Positions 22,801-35,400 of a stretch of 61,013 bases of DNA are shown one piece after another (position 1 is the stretch's first letter; the number at the start of each line of letters is the position of its first letter). A program made the translations under genes and the position numbers. The notes under the pieces were generated by a model, which saw only the letters and a program-made list of their open reading frames with translations, was not told the DNA's origin and did not search any database. Source of the DNA: Craspedostauros australis (lineage: Eukaryota); NCBI GenBank assembly GCA_030167865.1, contig JALAGF010004370.1, positions 1-61,013 of the forward strand. Reading direction: 5' to 3'.

Positions 22801-25522
22801 AACGCCGCGATCCCGCCAGTGAGGTTGATGGATGCCAGACACGGGACCAAGAAGGGGATGGGACGGGTGAAGAATGAGAGAGAGCAGAAGCGTGCGCAGA
22901 AGATCACAGAACTCATTGATGAGATCAGACTGATCATGAAGGATGGTGGCGAAGACATTGAGGTTCGGAGCAAGTTCCATACGCTTTCCTCGTAAGTGCA
23001 GTGTCCATTCCATGTACATGTGCATGCACATGTACATGTACATCTTCTACGCATGGCATCCGCCAGCCAAAACTTGCTTGCACTGTGAAACCTTGCACTT
23101 TGTAATCTGTGCTCCATGCGCTATCGAAACAACTCGCTCTTTGTATCTGTGATCTTTTCACACAAGGCGCACCTATGACGCATCAATACATGCACCAGTA
23201 CATGCTCCAAACTCACCATGTTCGTACATCCATCTATCCATTGATGCGATTCTGTCCCATACTGCTGCTCTTCACTTGCACCAAATGCACAACTCGCGTT
23301 GGCACATTCTCCCACGTTTCGCGGCATCCGCACAATTCCGCTTCATTCGGTTTGGAACTCTACCCAACTCCTCTACACAACAGATGTGCGAACTACATCA
23401 AGAAGATACTTGAAACCAACAAGGACAAGGAGGAGACCAACTCCAAGCTCCGAAATGAGTTGGACATCAAACAACGCAAGCTCGACGAGGACAAGGCAGC
23501 AGAGTCGCGATCCGATCCAGAGAGCGTGGAATCTGCAACATCCAGCCTGACCACGGACTCGCAGACCAACAAGAACGAGGAACAGAACCAAGAAGGCATC
23601 GACAAACCCAGTGGCAAAAGGAAAGATCGGACAAGCAAGCGCAAGGCAGACAGCATGTTGAAGGACGACGGTGATGCACCGGCCATCAAGAAACAGTGCC
23701 CAGAACATGCGTCGTCGGAGGATTCATCCGGCAGCGAAGAACGCAGCGGGAGCAAGGGACCGATGGCACAGTCTGTATCGATCGACAAGACCGTCTTCAG
23801 CATGTCTGATCTGACAGACAGCAACCGAGATTCCTCTGGAAACAGCGGCAGCGGTTCTGGTTGCACCGACCGGAAGGATGGTCAAGTCTCCACAGAAAAC
23901 TCATCACCGACAGACATTGACGGTGACAACAGCGAAGATAGGCAGAACATCGCCAGCAGCATCTCATCTGATGCCGCCGTGAAGAGCGGCCTCGACAGCC
24001 GGGACCGTCCAGGATCGAAGCACAAGGATGTCGTGTTCTCCAAGGAAAGCAAGAAACCGAGACACGGTCGAAAGCGACCTCCTGAGGAGGTCACATCCAG
24101 AGAACGCGTGTTCGTCCTGGACTACGAGGAGGTGTTTGAGAATTCGAACATCCCACAGCTGATTGCCGCGACCTCAGGCAAGGCCGTGAGTTGGAATGAA
24201 ACATTCCTCCGCATGACAGGCCTGCGCAACGAGGATGTCGAGAGGATGACTATCTTCAGCTTGGTCAAGCCAGAAAATCTAAGCAACTTCTTCGAGATCG
24301 TGGCAGCGGCGCTGCGGCAATCCGGCGATACGCCAAACCAAGCGGGCGATGTGACGCCATCAGATACAACCGATGCCGGCATCTCCCAGCATGATCGACA
24401 CACCCCGATCGCAAGTGCTCAGGAGAGGATGGAAAACGATACGTCTCATGGGCCTGCTCCAAAACCTGCATCTCAATCTGGATCTGGATCCAATGCAAGC
24501 GACCAAAATTCGTCGACCATCTCAACGACCAAGTCGACAGCGAACGGCTCCACAGATTCTGCTCGCAAATGGAACTATGCTGCCATGACGTTGCCTTGCA
24601 TCGAATTCCCAGCCATCAAAAAGCACCGCAAGGCATCGAACCCAAGCCAGAATGGAAAGAGTCGCGAAGATCTCTACGTGACTGTAAGTATCTCGCCACA
24701 TCGCGCCACAGCATGCCGAATTGTTGCTGTTGCTGTTGCCATTGAACCATGCACTGTGACGTGCAATACGCTGCGGCCATCATCATATGTACTGCCTATC
24801 CGCGCTCTGATGGTGTTGACATTGATCATTCTGCGACAACAACAAAACGACGCTCACATGACATCAACTCTTCTTGTCGACCATGATTTACTATTCCGAA
24901 TTCTGCAACAACTGCCGCTGCTATGGCCGCTGACGTTGCTCCATGAAACCACATACCCCACCAGGTCACGCTGCTGGATGATGAGAATCCCGACAAACGG
25001 TGCTTCCATTGCGTCTTCACCAACTGCCCGGGCACTAACGGCGCCTTGGGATCGCTGACGCCGGAGCTCTTGGAGATTCTCTTTTCATCGCCACCACGAT
25101 GCGATAAGAACCGCAAGCACCGCCGACATCACAAGCTCTCGCATCGCCATCATCATCACCACCATCACCACCGCGCCAAGCATTCTCGCAAATCGTCATT
25201 GCAGATGACGAGCAAGGTGCCGGGCGGGCGTCAGGATGCCCACCGCACTGCGGATAGTCACAGCACGCCCAGCAGCGGGGATACGCTGACCGATAAGTTG
25301 CCGACGAGCAGCCAGAGCGGGAACAGTTCCGGTCAGGATGGATCGAACACGACGGCTGCGACCGCCACGAAGACGCGGATCGTGACCAGCAGCGACAGCG
25401 ACAAGACGAAGGATGGCAGCACCACGGATGGTCCGACGGCAGGTGAGGCATGTCGCGAGGCCATGTCATCGAAACGGGAGTCTGCGGAGCTGTTGTCGAG
25501 TGGGCAAGAGACGCAAAGATGA
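19873..25522 (+). CDS. Large bHLH-PAS transcription factor; exons 19873-22991, 23384-24683 and 24965-25522
   Basis: The bHLH KNEREQKRAQKITELIDEIR...SKFHTLSS|CANYIKKI is rebuilt across intron 22992-23383. PAS-like DYEEVFENSNIPQLIAATSGKAVSWNETFLRMTG is completed by VTLLDDENPDKRCFHCVF after intron 24684-24964. Long Q/A-rich N-terminus and poly-His near the C-terminus. Confidence 0.85.
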
Positions 25523-25735
25523 GAGGCTGCACATGATCTGTCGGCAAAGAAAGTCAAAGCAGACACATGAAAGCAGCAACAATTGCACAACGCCATGCTC
25601 GTACCATACTAATACGTACGTACACACTAAAGTACTCTCGAAGGGAACTCCACTTTCTAGATGATGGTATCTGTATGATGGGTCTTTAGATTAGGGATAA
25701 GCTTTATATTGTAGTAATAGTAGATTGCAGCAGAT

Positions 25736-28431
25736 TTAGAACTCGCTTCGAGTCGGCGATACGGGCAGACGGACTGGCCTGGCTTGTGGGGGGCGGACGG
25801 GTCGTCCGCCCGCTCTGTGCACGCCGACAGCTTGGAATTGCTGTGGCTGGTTGGTAACGATCTGCGGTCGCGGCCGCGATGGTGGACGACGGGCTGGTGG
25901 ATCGCGCTGCCGTGATGTGTTGTCGATCACGCGGTGGGGGCGCGCGGCTCTGATTGGCCTTCGTGGTTTGACGGGTTCCACCTTCTTGGCGGGGAGCTTG
26001 GCCTTCTTGACTGGTCTCTCGGGCCAAAAGGTGGAGCAGACGCAGAGCATCATGACGAGGAAGACGGTGAGGAGGCCGGCGGCCCAGGCCCATGAGGCCG
26101 TGGTCCACTTATCCGGGTGATCGACGAAGACGGCCATGAGCGGGTCGAAGAAATTCTCCTCGAGGTTGTTGAAGAGACCCGATGAGTCATCGAGGAAGGC
26201 GCCATCTGGTAGCAAAGAGTCGGAGCAACCGGGAGAATCATCCTCGGGATCGAAGCATTCGCACTTTGGTTGGACGGTGCCGTTGACCTTGTTGGAGAAG
26301 TTGCAGACGCCACGTCCCGCGCAACCGAAGGGACAGAAGAGGTCGGGGCATGCTGTGGTGAGGCGCGGGCAGACGAGGGTTTGCGGCAGGGCGCCGGCAA
26401 CGACGCGGACGTTGATCCTTTGAAAGTCCTCGTCGCACGTCAACCATTCTCCACGAACATTGATCTTGAGGACCATCTCATCCTTGATGCAGGCGGTCCT
26501 GTAGCATCGGCCATCGCCTCCTGTGGTTGGGATGCACTGGCTGCCTGGACCGTAGTCCTCACTGTCATGTCAGAGCATGGCGGGAGTCAGCGTACAATGG
26601 TAGAAGGATCGTGGGCCATGGAATATGTGAGTGGTCGAGTTGAGTCATGAATGCGCGCAGATTCATACCATACACGCAATGCTCCAATGTACGTATGAGT
26701 GCCGGCGTAGTGGTAATAGAGTGGAGTGGAGTAGAGGACCTGCAATACCGTGCTCAATCAGCATCCTCGAACACGTATTGGAACGCACCTGTAAATGTTG
26801 ATGCTCTCGCCATTGGAAGGATCGGAACAGGCGAGCCCCTCTGCGTCGGATCCTCCGAACGTGGATCCGAAGACAGGACAGTAATCGGCCTGACGCGGTC
26901 CACCCAGAGTTGGCTCCGATGGGTAGTACTGGAAGCGATCATCTGGCAGGACGCGCGGTTGTGTGAAGAAGTAGTCGATGACGGTGCAGGCCATCTTGTG
27001 CGTGAGGGCCGGCGAGCAACCGCGTGCAAACTTGTCGACGCAGAAGTAGCCTTTGGAGTAATCGGGGATGAAGGTGTTGCCATTCTCATCCGATTGAAGG
27101 CAGGGTTCATTGACAAAGTCGCAACCAGCGCCCAAGCCCCAGGGCGATATGTGTCCCATGGTGTAGTTGGCGCGGTACCAGCCGGAGTCCTCCATGAGCG
27201 CCAAGGTGAGATGGCTGACGATGTTGGTGGTGGGGGAGATGACGCCGCTGAGCGCTTCAGGGTAGTAGTCGTGCTCCTCCCAGTGATCTCCGGTGCAGGA
27301 CCCGCTGCCCGTGGGCTGATTCTCCAAGCGGGCGCCCTCGAGGGTCTGGCAATCGAACTGGTTGCGCGCGATCGCCCTGACGCGCGGCGTGACCAAGCTG
27401 GCGTATCTCTGGCCGTTCTTGCCGACGGAGAAGCTCATGGTGGACTCGTCAGGGAGGATGAGGGTGCGCTGGACGTCATCCACGCAGGTGACGGTCCTCG
27501 TGGTGAAGGGTCGGCTGGTGCGTGGCTCGCCGGTCTCGGCATCCCAGAAGAAGCGGTATGAGTTTGAGGAATGGCCGAGGACGTGGGCGACCTCGTGGAT
27601 GAGGACGTCTACGTTGTCCTGGATGATGGCATCGGAGGCCGTGCCGTCCTGGCGCAGGTTGATCTGGTTGAGGCAGACGTTGATGGCGCCGGCCGTGGGG
27701 CGATCGTACTGATCGAAGTTGCAGGCGATGGCCACGGCGAGGGTGGTGCCGGAGCAGAATCGCGAGCTGGGCGTCCCGCTGACGTAGAGCACCAGATCCG
27801 TGTTGCTGAGACCGGAGGCGATGTGCTGCGCGGGGACCTCCGTGAACTCGGAGTCGCCGCAGTAGGCTCTGTTCTTGAGCTCGGACGCGGCGACTTTGAG
27901 GGATCCGGAGACGGGCACGACGGACAGCGTGGTCTGCCAGAACTCGGCCGTGCGCGGGAGGATCTCCTTCTCGATGAAGTCGATGCGCGCCGCGTTGAGC
28001 TCCGTGCGACGATCGTCCAGCGCCTTCGTCTCGAAGCGTATCCGAATGGGTTTGTAGTTGGACTTCTCGTCCTCCGCAGGGGGCGTGGTGGTGGAGTTGC
28101 CGCCATTCTGCTGCTGCAGCTTGCGTCTGCGCGCCTTCAGCTCGAATGGGTGGTTGTCGTAAGGAACGGAGTGGTCTGGATCGCTGGGGAAGCCGGTCTG
28201 CGATCGCTGCGACTCCTCCTCCAGCAACCTCACCTCCTTGCGCACCTGCGCGTTGCCTGCTCCGTACACCCGATGGATGGCGGATTGTCGTCTCCCTTCC
28301 GTCTCTGTGTTCATGTTTGCATCTATATTTGCATCTATATTGGCGTTGCTGCGCAGAGATGGCGATGCAGCCGCGTTGCAAGACGAAGCCGACAGCATCA
28401 GCAACGACAGCATCATCAGCGTCTGCTTCAT
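25736..28431 (-). CDS. Leishmanolysin/GP63-like (M8) metalloprotease, type I membrane protein; exons 28431-26789 and 26561-25736
   Basis: Signal peptide MKQTLMMLSLLMLSASSCNA; HEVAHVLG zinc motif; third-ligand motif GDHWE; DSGWY; cysteine-rich and EGF-like segment; TM helix WAWAAGLLTVFLVMMLCVC. Intron 26562-26788 joins INIYS-EDYGPG. An upstream in-frame start codon lies at 28545. Confidence 0.9.
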
Positions 28432-30096
28432 GCTGCGAGTCGGACTGTGTTCCTTCCGTGACCGTGGGACCGTCTGTGCTCTCATGCTGCTTGCTCTGGA
28501 GTGCTCCTGTTGAGGATTGCTTGTGTTGCTACTATGAACACGCACACTATTGGTGGAAGATGGACCAAGAAAGCCTCAAGGAGACAGACAGAGAGTCACA
28601 GGCAGAATAAAGTACGATTGATCTACCGACTTCTTTGGCCTGTTGATGCAACCACGAACCAATGAAATTGGAAAGCGAAATCCTTCTTCCCAACCGACGC
28701 AGTTGGCGGTGCAGAGCGTGGAGCAGACCAGAGTACTTCGCTTCGCGTTGAGTCACGTTGCTTTCTCTTGCTTTGTGCACGTATTAGCGATGTTCGAGCC
28801 GTCGTTCTTGTCTGCCGTTCAACTCTGCTAAAGTGCACTCGATTGTTGCGTTGCTGCAGATGATGGTGTTGCTGATGACAATGGGATTTTTGATGTCGTT
28901 CTGGATGATGACGATGGCGGTGATGTTGTGGCCTCTTGGTTGTGGTCGCGAAGACAGAACGATCGATGTTTGTGGCAACGGTGTGCTCGGAATGTTGGTG
29001 GAGGTGGTTCGTGTTGTTGTCGGTGGGTCGCATGTTCCTCTTTGCGCGCAGCTCTCACACACGGAGGGAGACTGGCGGGCGCGTGCCACATGCACAAATT
29101 TAAATCGGACAACGGATCGCTGTACCCAAAAATCAACCAGGGGATTGGCATCTGCGACACCAATGCGACTGCCTACACGACACATATCTCCCACCTTTTT
29201 GGTGGCTCGTCACAATTTTGGGTTCCTTCGGTTTTCTGGTCTTGTCTTTAGGCGCTTCGGCCGTTCTTCATTGGCGGAGTGTCAGCTCATCTCGGCTGTT
29301 CCTTCGCATTTGTTTCCAGAGAGAAGAGAGAGAGGAGAGATCATTCTCTACTTCTTCCACAAAGACAGCCAGAGCAATGATCTGCTCTGGTTGAATATTA
29401 TTCTACATTCTACCCTACAATACTCATTTCTTTACTTTCCATTGCGCTGCATGATCGACTACGCACAGGTCGCAAGCGTCCCGTTGATGCCGACTTTCGC
29501 ACTTTGCGCGACGTTGATCTGCGTCAAGTCGTGGTGCGCCTTCTTCCACATCCCATTGCTTCAAGATTAGACTGTGATCCATTTCGTTCGCTCCCATCAC
29601 ATCCTCAAACAACACGCGCATAGTAATCTAAAGTACAAGATAACGCTAGGTACATCATCCTTCCAACGCACATTGAATCGCATAGCATTGCATTGATCCA
29701 GTTCGCGACCTCTCCTCGCACACCATCTGATGCAGCAAATGTCAGATCGTGGTCTTGTTTCTTCCTTTCCAAATTCGTCCCATCTCGGAAAATCGTGGAG
29801 GAGACAAACTCCTATTTTTCTCACGCGCTACAGGTGAACAAGCGATCGACTCATTCGACCTCATACACAAACAGAGAACAAAATCTTGATTTCGCTGCGA
29901 AACAACACGCGTCGGAACGGATTCTCTTTGCATCCATCGAAACCGACCAACAATCACACACACACACAAGGAGGCACTCCGACATTAGACACAACCAAGG
30001 GAGACGACGACATTGAATCAGCACGCTTCCATCTTGCATCCTCTCCTATAATACAACAACAGCTACAATACGACGACCTACATTTACGAAAGAAGA

Positions 30097-31626
30097 ATGG
30101 TGGTGATCGAAGAGCTTTCCGGCAGCGATGACGTCCTTCCCGATGTGACCAACGTTCCGAAGGCGGAGAGTGCGACGAAGACGAAGGCAGACGGCCAAGT
30201 CAAATCGGACGAGAAGACGGAGGGAGACGAGCATTCGAATCCCAAGCACTTCATGGTGGTCGTGCTGGGCGATGTGGGACGATCACCTCGCATGCAGTAC
30301 CACGCGCTGTCGTTGCTGCAGGCCGGTCACAAGGTGTCGCTGGTGGGATACAGCGGAGTGCCCTTGGTCCCCGATCTGGAGACCGCGTCTGCGGACAACG
30401 TGCAACTATCCGTCGTGCGATTCACGGTGCCGTCTCCCCAGCTGCTCAAGGCATCCCTGCCAATCTACCTCATCTGGCGCATCCTCAGCCTCACGCTATG
30501 GCTCATGCACGCCATGTTCGTGTCGGTGCGGCAAGGGCTGCACAAAGGCGAGGCGGTGGATTGCGTCATCGTGCAGAACCCACCGGCGATGCCGTTGCTC
30601 GTGGTGACCTACATCTACTGCTTCTGCCAGGGCATCCTGCATGGCAAGCGCCCTGCCTTCGTCATCGATTGGCACAACCTGGGATTCTCCATGATCTCGT
30701 CATCGAATCCCATCATCTGCCAGGTTGCCAGGCTGTACGAAAAGCTGCTGGCGCCGTTGGCGACGGGGCATTTCACGGTCACGAACGCCATGAAAGAATG
30801 GCTGATCAAGAACTTTCATCTCCCTGCCAGATCGGTGTCGGTGCTGCACGATTGTCCACCGGCCTTGTTCCGGCCACTAGGACCGAAGGAACAGCACGAG
30901 TTGCTGACGCGGTTGCACCCAAAGATCGCAATGGCATGTCCCAAATCCTGGACGCAGAATCTCGACCGTGGAAAGCAGACGCTCTTGACAGAACTTGACT
31001 CCAAAGGCGTCGCTGCCCCACGTCGCGGGCGCCCCGCGCTTCTGACCAGCTCAACGTCCTGGACGCCGGATGAAGACTTTGGCATCCTGCTGGAGGCGCT
31101 GGTTATATTGGACGCGAAGATCGAGGAGAAGCAGTCCGATCTCAAGATCATGGTCATCGTGACAGGCAAGGGGCCACAGAAGACGATGTACGAAAAGAAA
31201 ATGTCGCGACTCCAGATGCAACACGTGGCCGTGCAGACGGTGTGGCTGGAACCTGCGGATTACCCCAAGCTCCTGGCCTGCGCCGATGCCGGAATCTCGC
31301 TGCACACCTCGACATCCGGGTTGGACCTTCCCATGAAGATCCTCGATCTGTTCGGATGTCACGTGCCCGTGTGCGCCAGCAACTTCCAATGCCTGTCGGA
31401 GCTCGTGGAAGATGACGAGAACGGCAGGACCTTCGAGAATTCGCAGGAGCTGGCGGATGAACTGTGGTACATGCTGCGGCCGCTTGCGAAGGAGGGGATG
31501 AAGCAAGGGCTGCCACCGCATGGCTACGGCGATCTTGACCGCTACTCGGAAGCCTTGCAGGATCGGCCTCGTTGGGATGCCAATTGGACAGAGAACGCGT
31601 GGCCTTTGCTGGAGAGGATAATATGA
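30097..31626 (+). CDS. ALG1: Chitobiosyldiphosphodolichol beta-1,4-mannosyltransferase (GT33)
   Basis: VVVLGDVGRSPRMQYHA, IDWHN, SSTSWTPDEDF and SLHTSTSGLDLPMK are characteristic ALG1 motifs. Confidence 0.95.
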   Translation: MVVIEELSGSDDVLPDVTNVPKAESATKTKADGQVKSDEKTEGDEHSNPKHFMVVVLGDVGRSPRMQYHALSLLQAGHKVSLVGYSGVPLVPDLETASADNVQLSVVRFTVPSPQLLKASLPIYLIWRILSLTLWLMHAMFVSVRQGLHKGEAVDCVIVQNPPAMPLLVVTYIYCFCQGILHGKRPAFVIDWHNLGFSMISSSNPIICQVARLYEKLLAPLATGHFTVTNAMKEWLIKNFHLPARSVSVLHDCPPALFRPLGPKEQHELLTRLHPKIAMACPKSWTQNLDRGKQTLLTELDSKGVAAPRRGRPALLTSSTSWTPDEDFGILLEALVILDAKIEEKQSDLKIMVIVTGKGPQKTMYEKKMSRLQMQHVAVQTVWLEPADYPKLLACADAGISLHTSTSGLDLPMKILDLFGCHVPVCASNFQCLSELVEDDENGRTFENSQELADELWYMLRPLAKEGMKQGLPPHGYGDLDRYSEALQDRPRWDANWTENAWPLLERII

Positions 31627-31664
31627 TAGATCAGAGTGGATCGAATCAGAGTAGCGTTGAATAG

Positions 31665-31666
<2 letters not shown>

Positions 31667-31729
<63 letters not shown>
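31667..31729. repeat. (CA)n microsatellite, about 31 units
   Basis: Perfect CA run just 3' of ALG1. Confidence 0.98.
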
Positions 31730-31732
<3 letters not shown>

Positions 31733-32461
31733 CTGGGATATAGTAGTTGGGATGATGCCATCGCGCTGCCGGTGTCTCTATTCAGACTTTGTGGCGCAAG
31801 AAAAGGTACCGGGATCCAATTGTTCATTTGCGTTGCTGTTTCGGACCCACCAAAACGGACAAGCAAATCCGTGAGCCCAATTCCACGCCTTTGTGTTGGC
31901 GATGCTTCGGTGGATGTGAACGCAAAAAGTCCGCCAGGTCATTCCATAAGTGTTTGTGTCGTACTACGCGTCGTAGCGATAACCACAAGAGCATCAGCGA
32001 CACGAAGTGGTGAGTCGTGGCGACAAGGAACAAGGAAATGGCAATTTTGTGGAAAACAGACCATAAATACGTCATCCGCGAACAATGTTGCGTGAACAAC
32101 ATTGTACATCACAGCACAACAACAGAAAACAACAACATCACGACTCCAAAACGGCCAAAGCCAACACACAAGCAGAACACAATCACTGCGCCGACGTCCG
32201 TAACAACCTCAATGCTCTGAGCGAGAATTGCCGCAACAGCACGCATCCCAAAACACAACGACAAGACCAACGAAAGCAAACGCACCCGCCATGGCCTCCC
32301 TGCGCCAGCCTCCGAGGCGACGACGAAGACAACAAGAGCAGCATCAACAGCAGCAGCTTCAACCCCAATCGATGTTGCCTTCCATTCCCCGCTCGTCTTG
32401 TCGAGCAAGGCCACAAAACAGAAACAGGAGCAAAAGGAGCCGTTTCGAAACGAGCAACAAA

Positions 32462-35400
32462 ATGCTCCTGTGCGTAACGGCGTGCCTCGCGCTGGCGCCA
32501 TCGTCATTTGCCTCGCAACCAAATCTGCAACCAAACAGTATTTCGCCCCCGAAGCGCCATTTGACTTATCAGTCTTCGAATCGGGACAATTTTGAGAAAT
32601 TCTGGATTCCATCAGACGTGCAATACGATACGCAAATACGGTCGAAAAGGGAACTCTCCAGAATTCCGCTCCAAAAACACAAAACTGGAAGAAAAAAACG
32701 CGGTCGAACTGTAAATATCGAGAACAGCGAGAGCGGCAGAACTGGGGTCGACCATGGCGATGGTGGGCTCGGCGGCGATCTTCAGCGTTCTGACAGACGG
32801 CGGCGGCGGAGACAGCTAGATGGCGATGATGGTGAGGCAGAATCCATCAACAGCGATAGCAACAACGAGAGCAATGGTCATGCCCATGACGCAAGCAACC
32901 TGAGAGAAACGACATGGACAAGCATCCTGGCTGATGCATCTGTCCATTCTCCTGACGGCTACGACAGAAGTCGTTCATCAGGTGCGACGCGAAAGCAGGA
33001 TGCCCAGGCGAGCAAGGATGGCGGCCAAAGCGGCAGGAGATTGAATGGTTCGACCCGTGCGCGACCTGGACATCATGAGCAATCACATCGACGACTGCGC
33101 AATGGCAATGCTGCCGATGGCGCTGATGGCGCTGATGATGAAAAAGAAACGGAAGCAGAGGAGGACGGCTTCCCGATCTCACTCTCAAGAACGCAGTTTG
33201 ATCCTGAATCGCAATCGAAATCTGAAGATGGCTCAACACACGCATCCCACTTTCGTCGCCTCTACGAACTCTTCACAAAGTCCAACGAAGATCAAAAGGA
33301 GAACTTCAAAAGACGTGCGGTAGAAGACGACATCGATGATGGTTCATCCAACGGCAGCAGCGGCAGTAGCAGTGGCGCCAGCAGTGTGTCTCGCTCTCAG
33401 AACGTCACGTGGAACATTTCCACCTCGTATGAGCACACGGAACAGACTGAAACGGAGCCTGATACAGAGAACCCCAGCGCGTCATCGCCATCAGACCCAC
33501 AACCTCCCCAATCTAATGACACGCCAACCGGTGCCTCAAGCTCTGTGATCTACACCATTGTGGATCCAGAACCAAATGGACAAGCTGAACGAGATCAACC
33601 AAAGAACGACCCGCTCCCAGATGACGCGAGGTTTGAGGGGAGTATCGATTCCTTAAATCCAACGCCATCGCCGCCGCAGTTCCGGCCGATACGCATCTAT
33701 GCGACGCTAGCGGAGTCGTCGCAGGATGGCCAGAGACTGGCATCAAACGACCGTGACATCCTGTTCAATGATCTCCTTGCCCCGGCGCTTCTAGCATGGA
33801 GTGCAGCGTTACGCGTGGTGCCTGTGAAAGGCAACCTGACCGTTGACGTGTCTCAGCTGATCGATGGTAAATCGTGCGGGCCAGGACTTGACAGTGGCTT
33901 GCCCAGCGTACACGTACCAGAGGAGCATCTGACAGAAGGCATTCCAGAAACGGACATCGTCGTCTACCTGAGCCTGGGCTATGTAGTACCTCCCAAGAGC
34001 AACCCGCCCACAGAGGCACCAACACAACCGCCTACCAAAAGCAACCCGCCGACAGAGGCACCAACACAACCGCCTACCAAAAGCAACGATTCATGGTCTT
34101 CTTCTGATGATGGCAATCCTGACGAAAGCGGAGCCGGTGATGCCGATGAAAGCGACGCAGATGGTGGCACATCTGGCGAGGATGGCGGTGTGACAAGCGA
34201 TCAAAGCGAACAGGATTCACAGAATAACCACACTGATCTTCTCGGGCGGACGAACTCCACGTCGCAACTGCAAACGGACGTGCACAACGATACGATCACC
34301 TCCAGCGGCAACACGACAGATCCTTGCAACGCAACAGGCTCGTTGGACGCGCAAATTGGCGACTCAGACAGCATTGGAGGTTGCACAGAGGGACATCGGA
34401 ACATCACCGACGGTAGTGACGATACAAACACAACGACCACCGCACCTTCTCCAACCCCAACCAACAGATACGATGGGACCTGCACGGGCGGCTATCTCGC
34501 AGCTGCGTCCTTCTGCTCCACTGACCAGTTTGATCGACCTACCGCTGCCTTGCTGCACATCTGCATCGACGCTGACTTTTACCATCCAGAGAACAAGAAC
34601 CGCAACATCCGCACCTTGATGCATGAATTGGGACATGCCCTGGGTTTCAATGCTCTGAGCATGGCACATTTCCGCAGGCAGGATGGTACGCCCATCACGA
34701 AGCGTACAGCGACGGGTGCTGTACCGGATGTGAACGTGGAATGCACGGGACCTTCAGCGCAGCTCGGAAGCAACGATGTGGAAAGCAGCAGCCCTACAAC
34801 CGGCGTGCCTCCAAACACAACAGCAGCAGCATCAGGAGGCAGCGGGTGCACTACCACCGCCATTACTACCGCCGCCACAAGTGCAGCCACAAGTGCAGCC
34901 ACAAGTGCAGCCGCCCCCATCATTGGAGACAACACCGTTGATCCCAATGACCAACAACAGATTGCCAGCACAACAACGTCATCATCGGAAGATGAAACAA
35001 TTGGAAATACTTACAGTGCCACTGCCCACGCTGAATCCATTTCGGGATCATCCGAAGCAGTCAGCGCGTCGAATCTCACAGATTTGCACAACCAAACAGG
35101 AGCACAAGCGTCCAACCAGACTGACGCAACGCAAACAACAAACCAAACTGCAAGAGACGTGCACGGCGTCATCGAGGATGATGCAGATAGTGATGCAAAC
35201 AGCGATGAAGATGCAGAATGTGGTACTGGCGATGATGCCAAATCAGACTCGAGCCGGTCTGCCGGACGCTATTGGGCAATGGTGGCGCTTCCGTCTGAGG
35301 AAATATTGCAATTCAGGACGGTCAGAGGCGGCGTGCGGGTTGCGGAGATCGTCACACCGTCAGTAGTGCAGGTCGTCCGCAACCAATTCGATTGTCAAGG

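Noticed and set aside
23109-23383. Separate gene start suggested by the 649-aa ORF
   Set aside because: This segment is intron 1 of the bHLH-PAS gene; splicing joins the two large ORFs and completes the bHLH.
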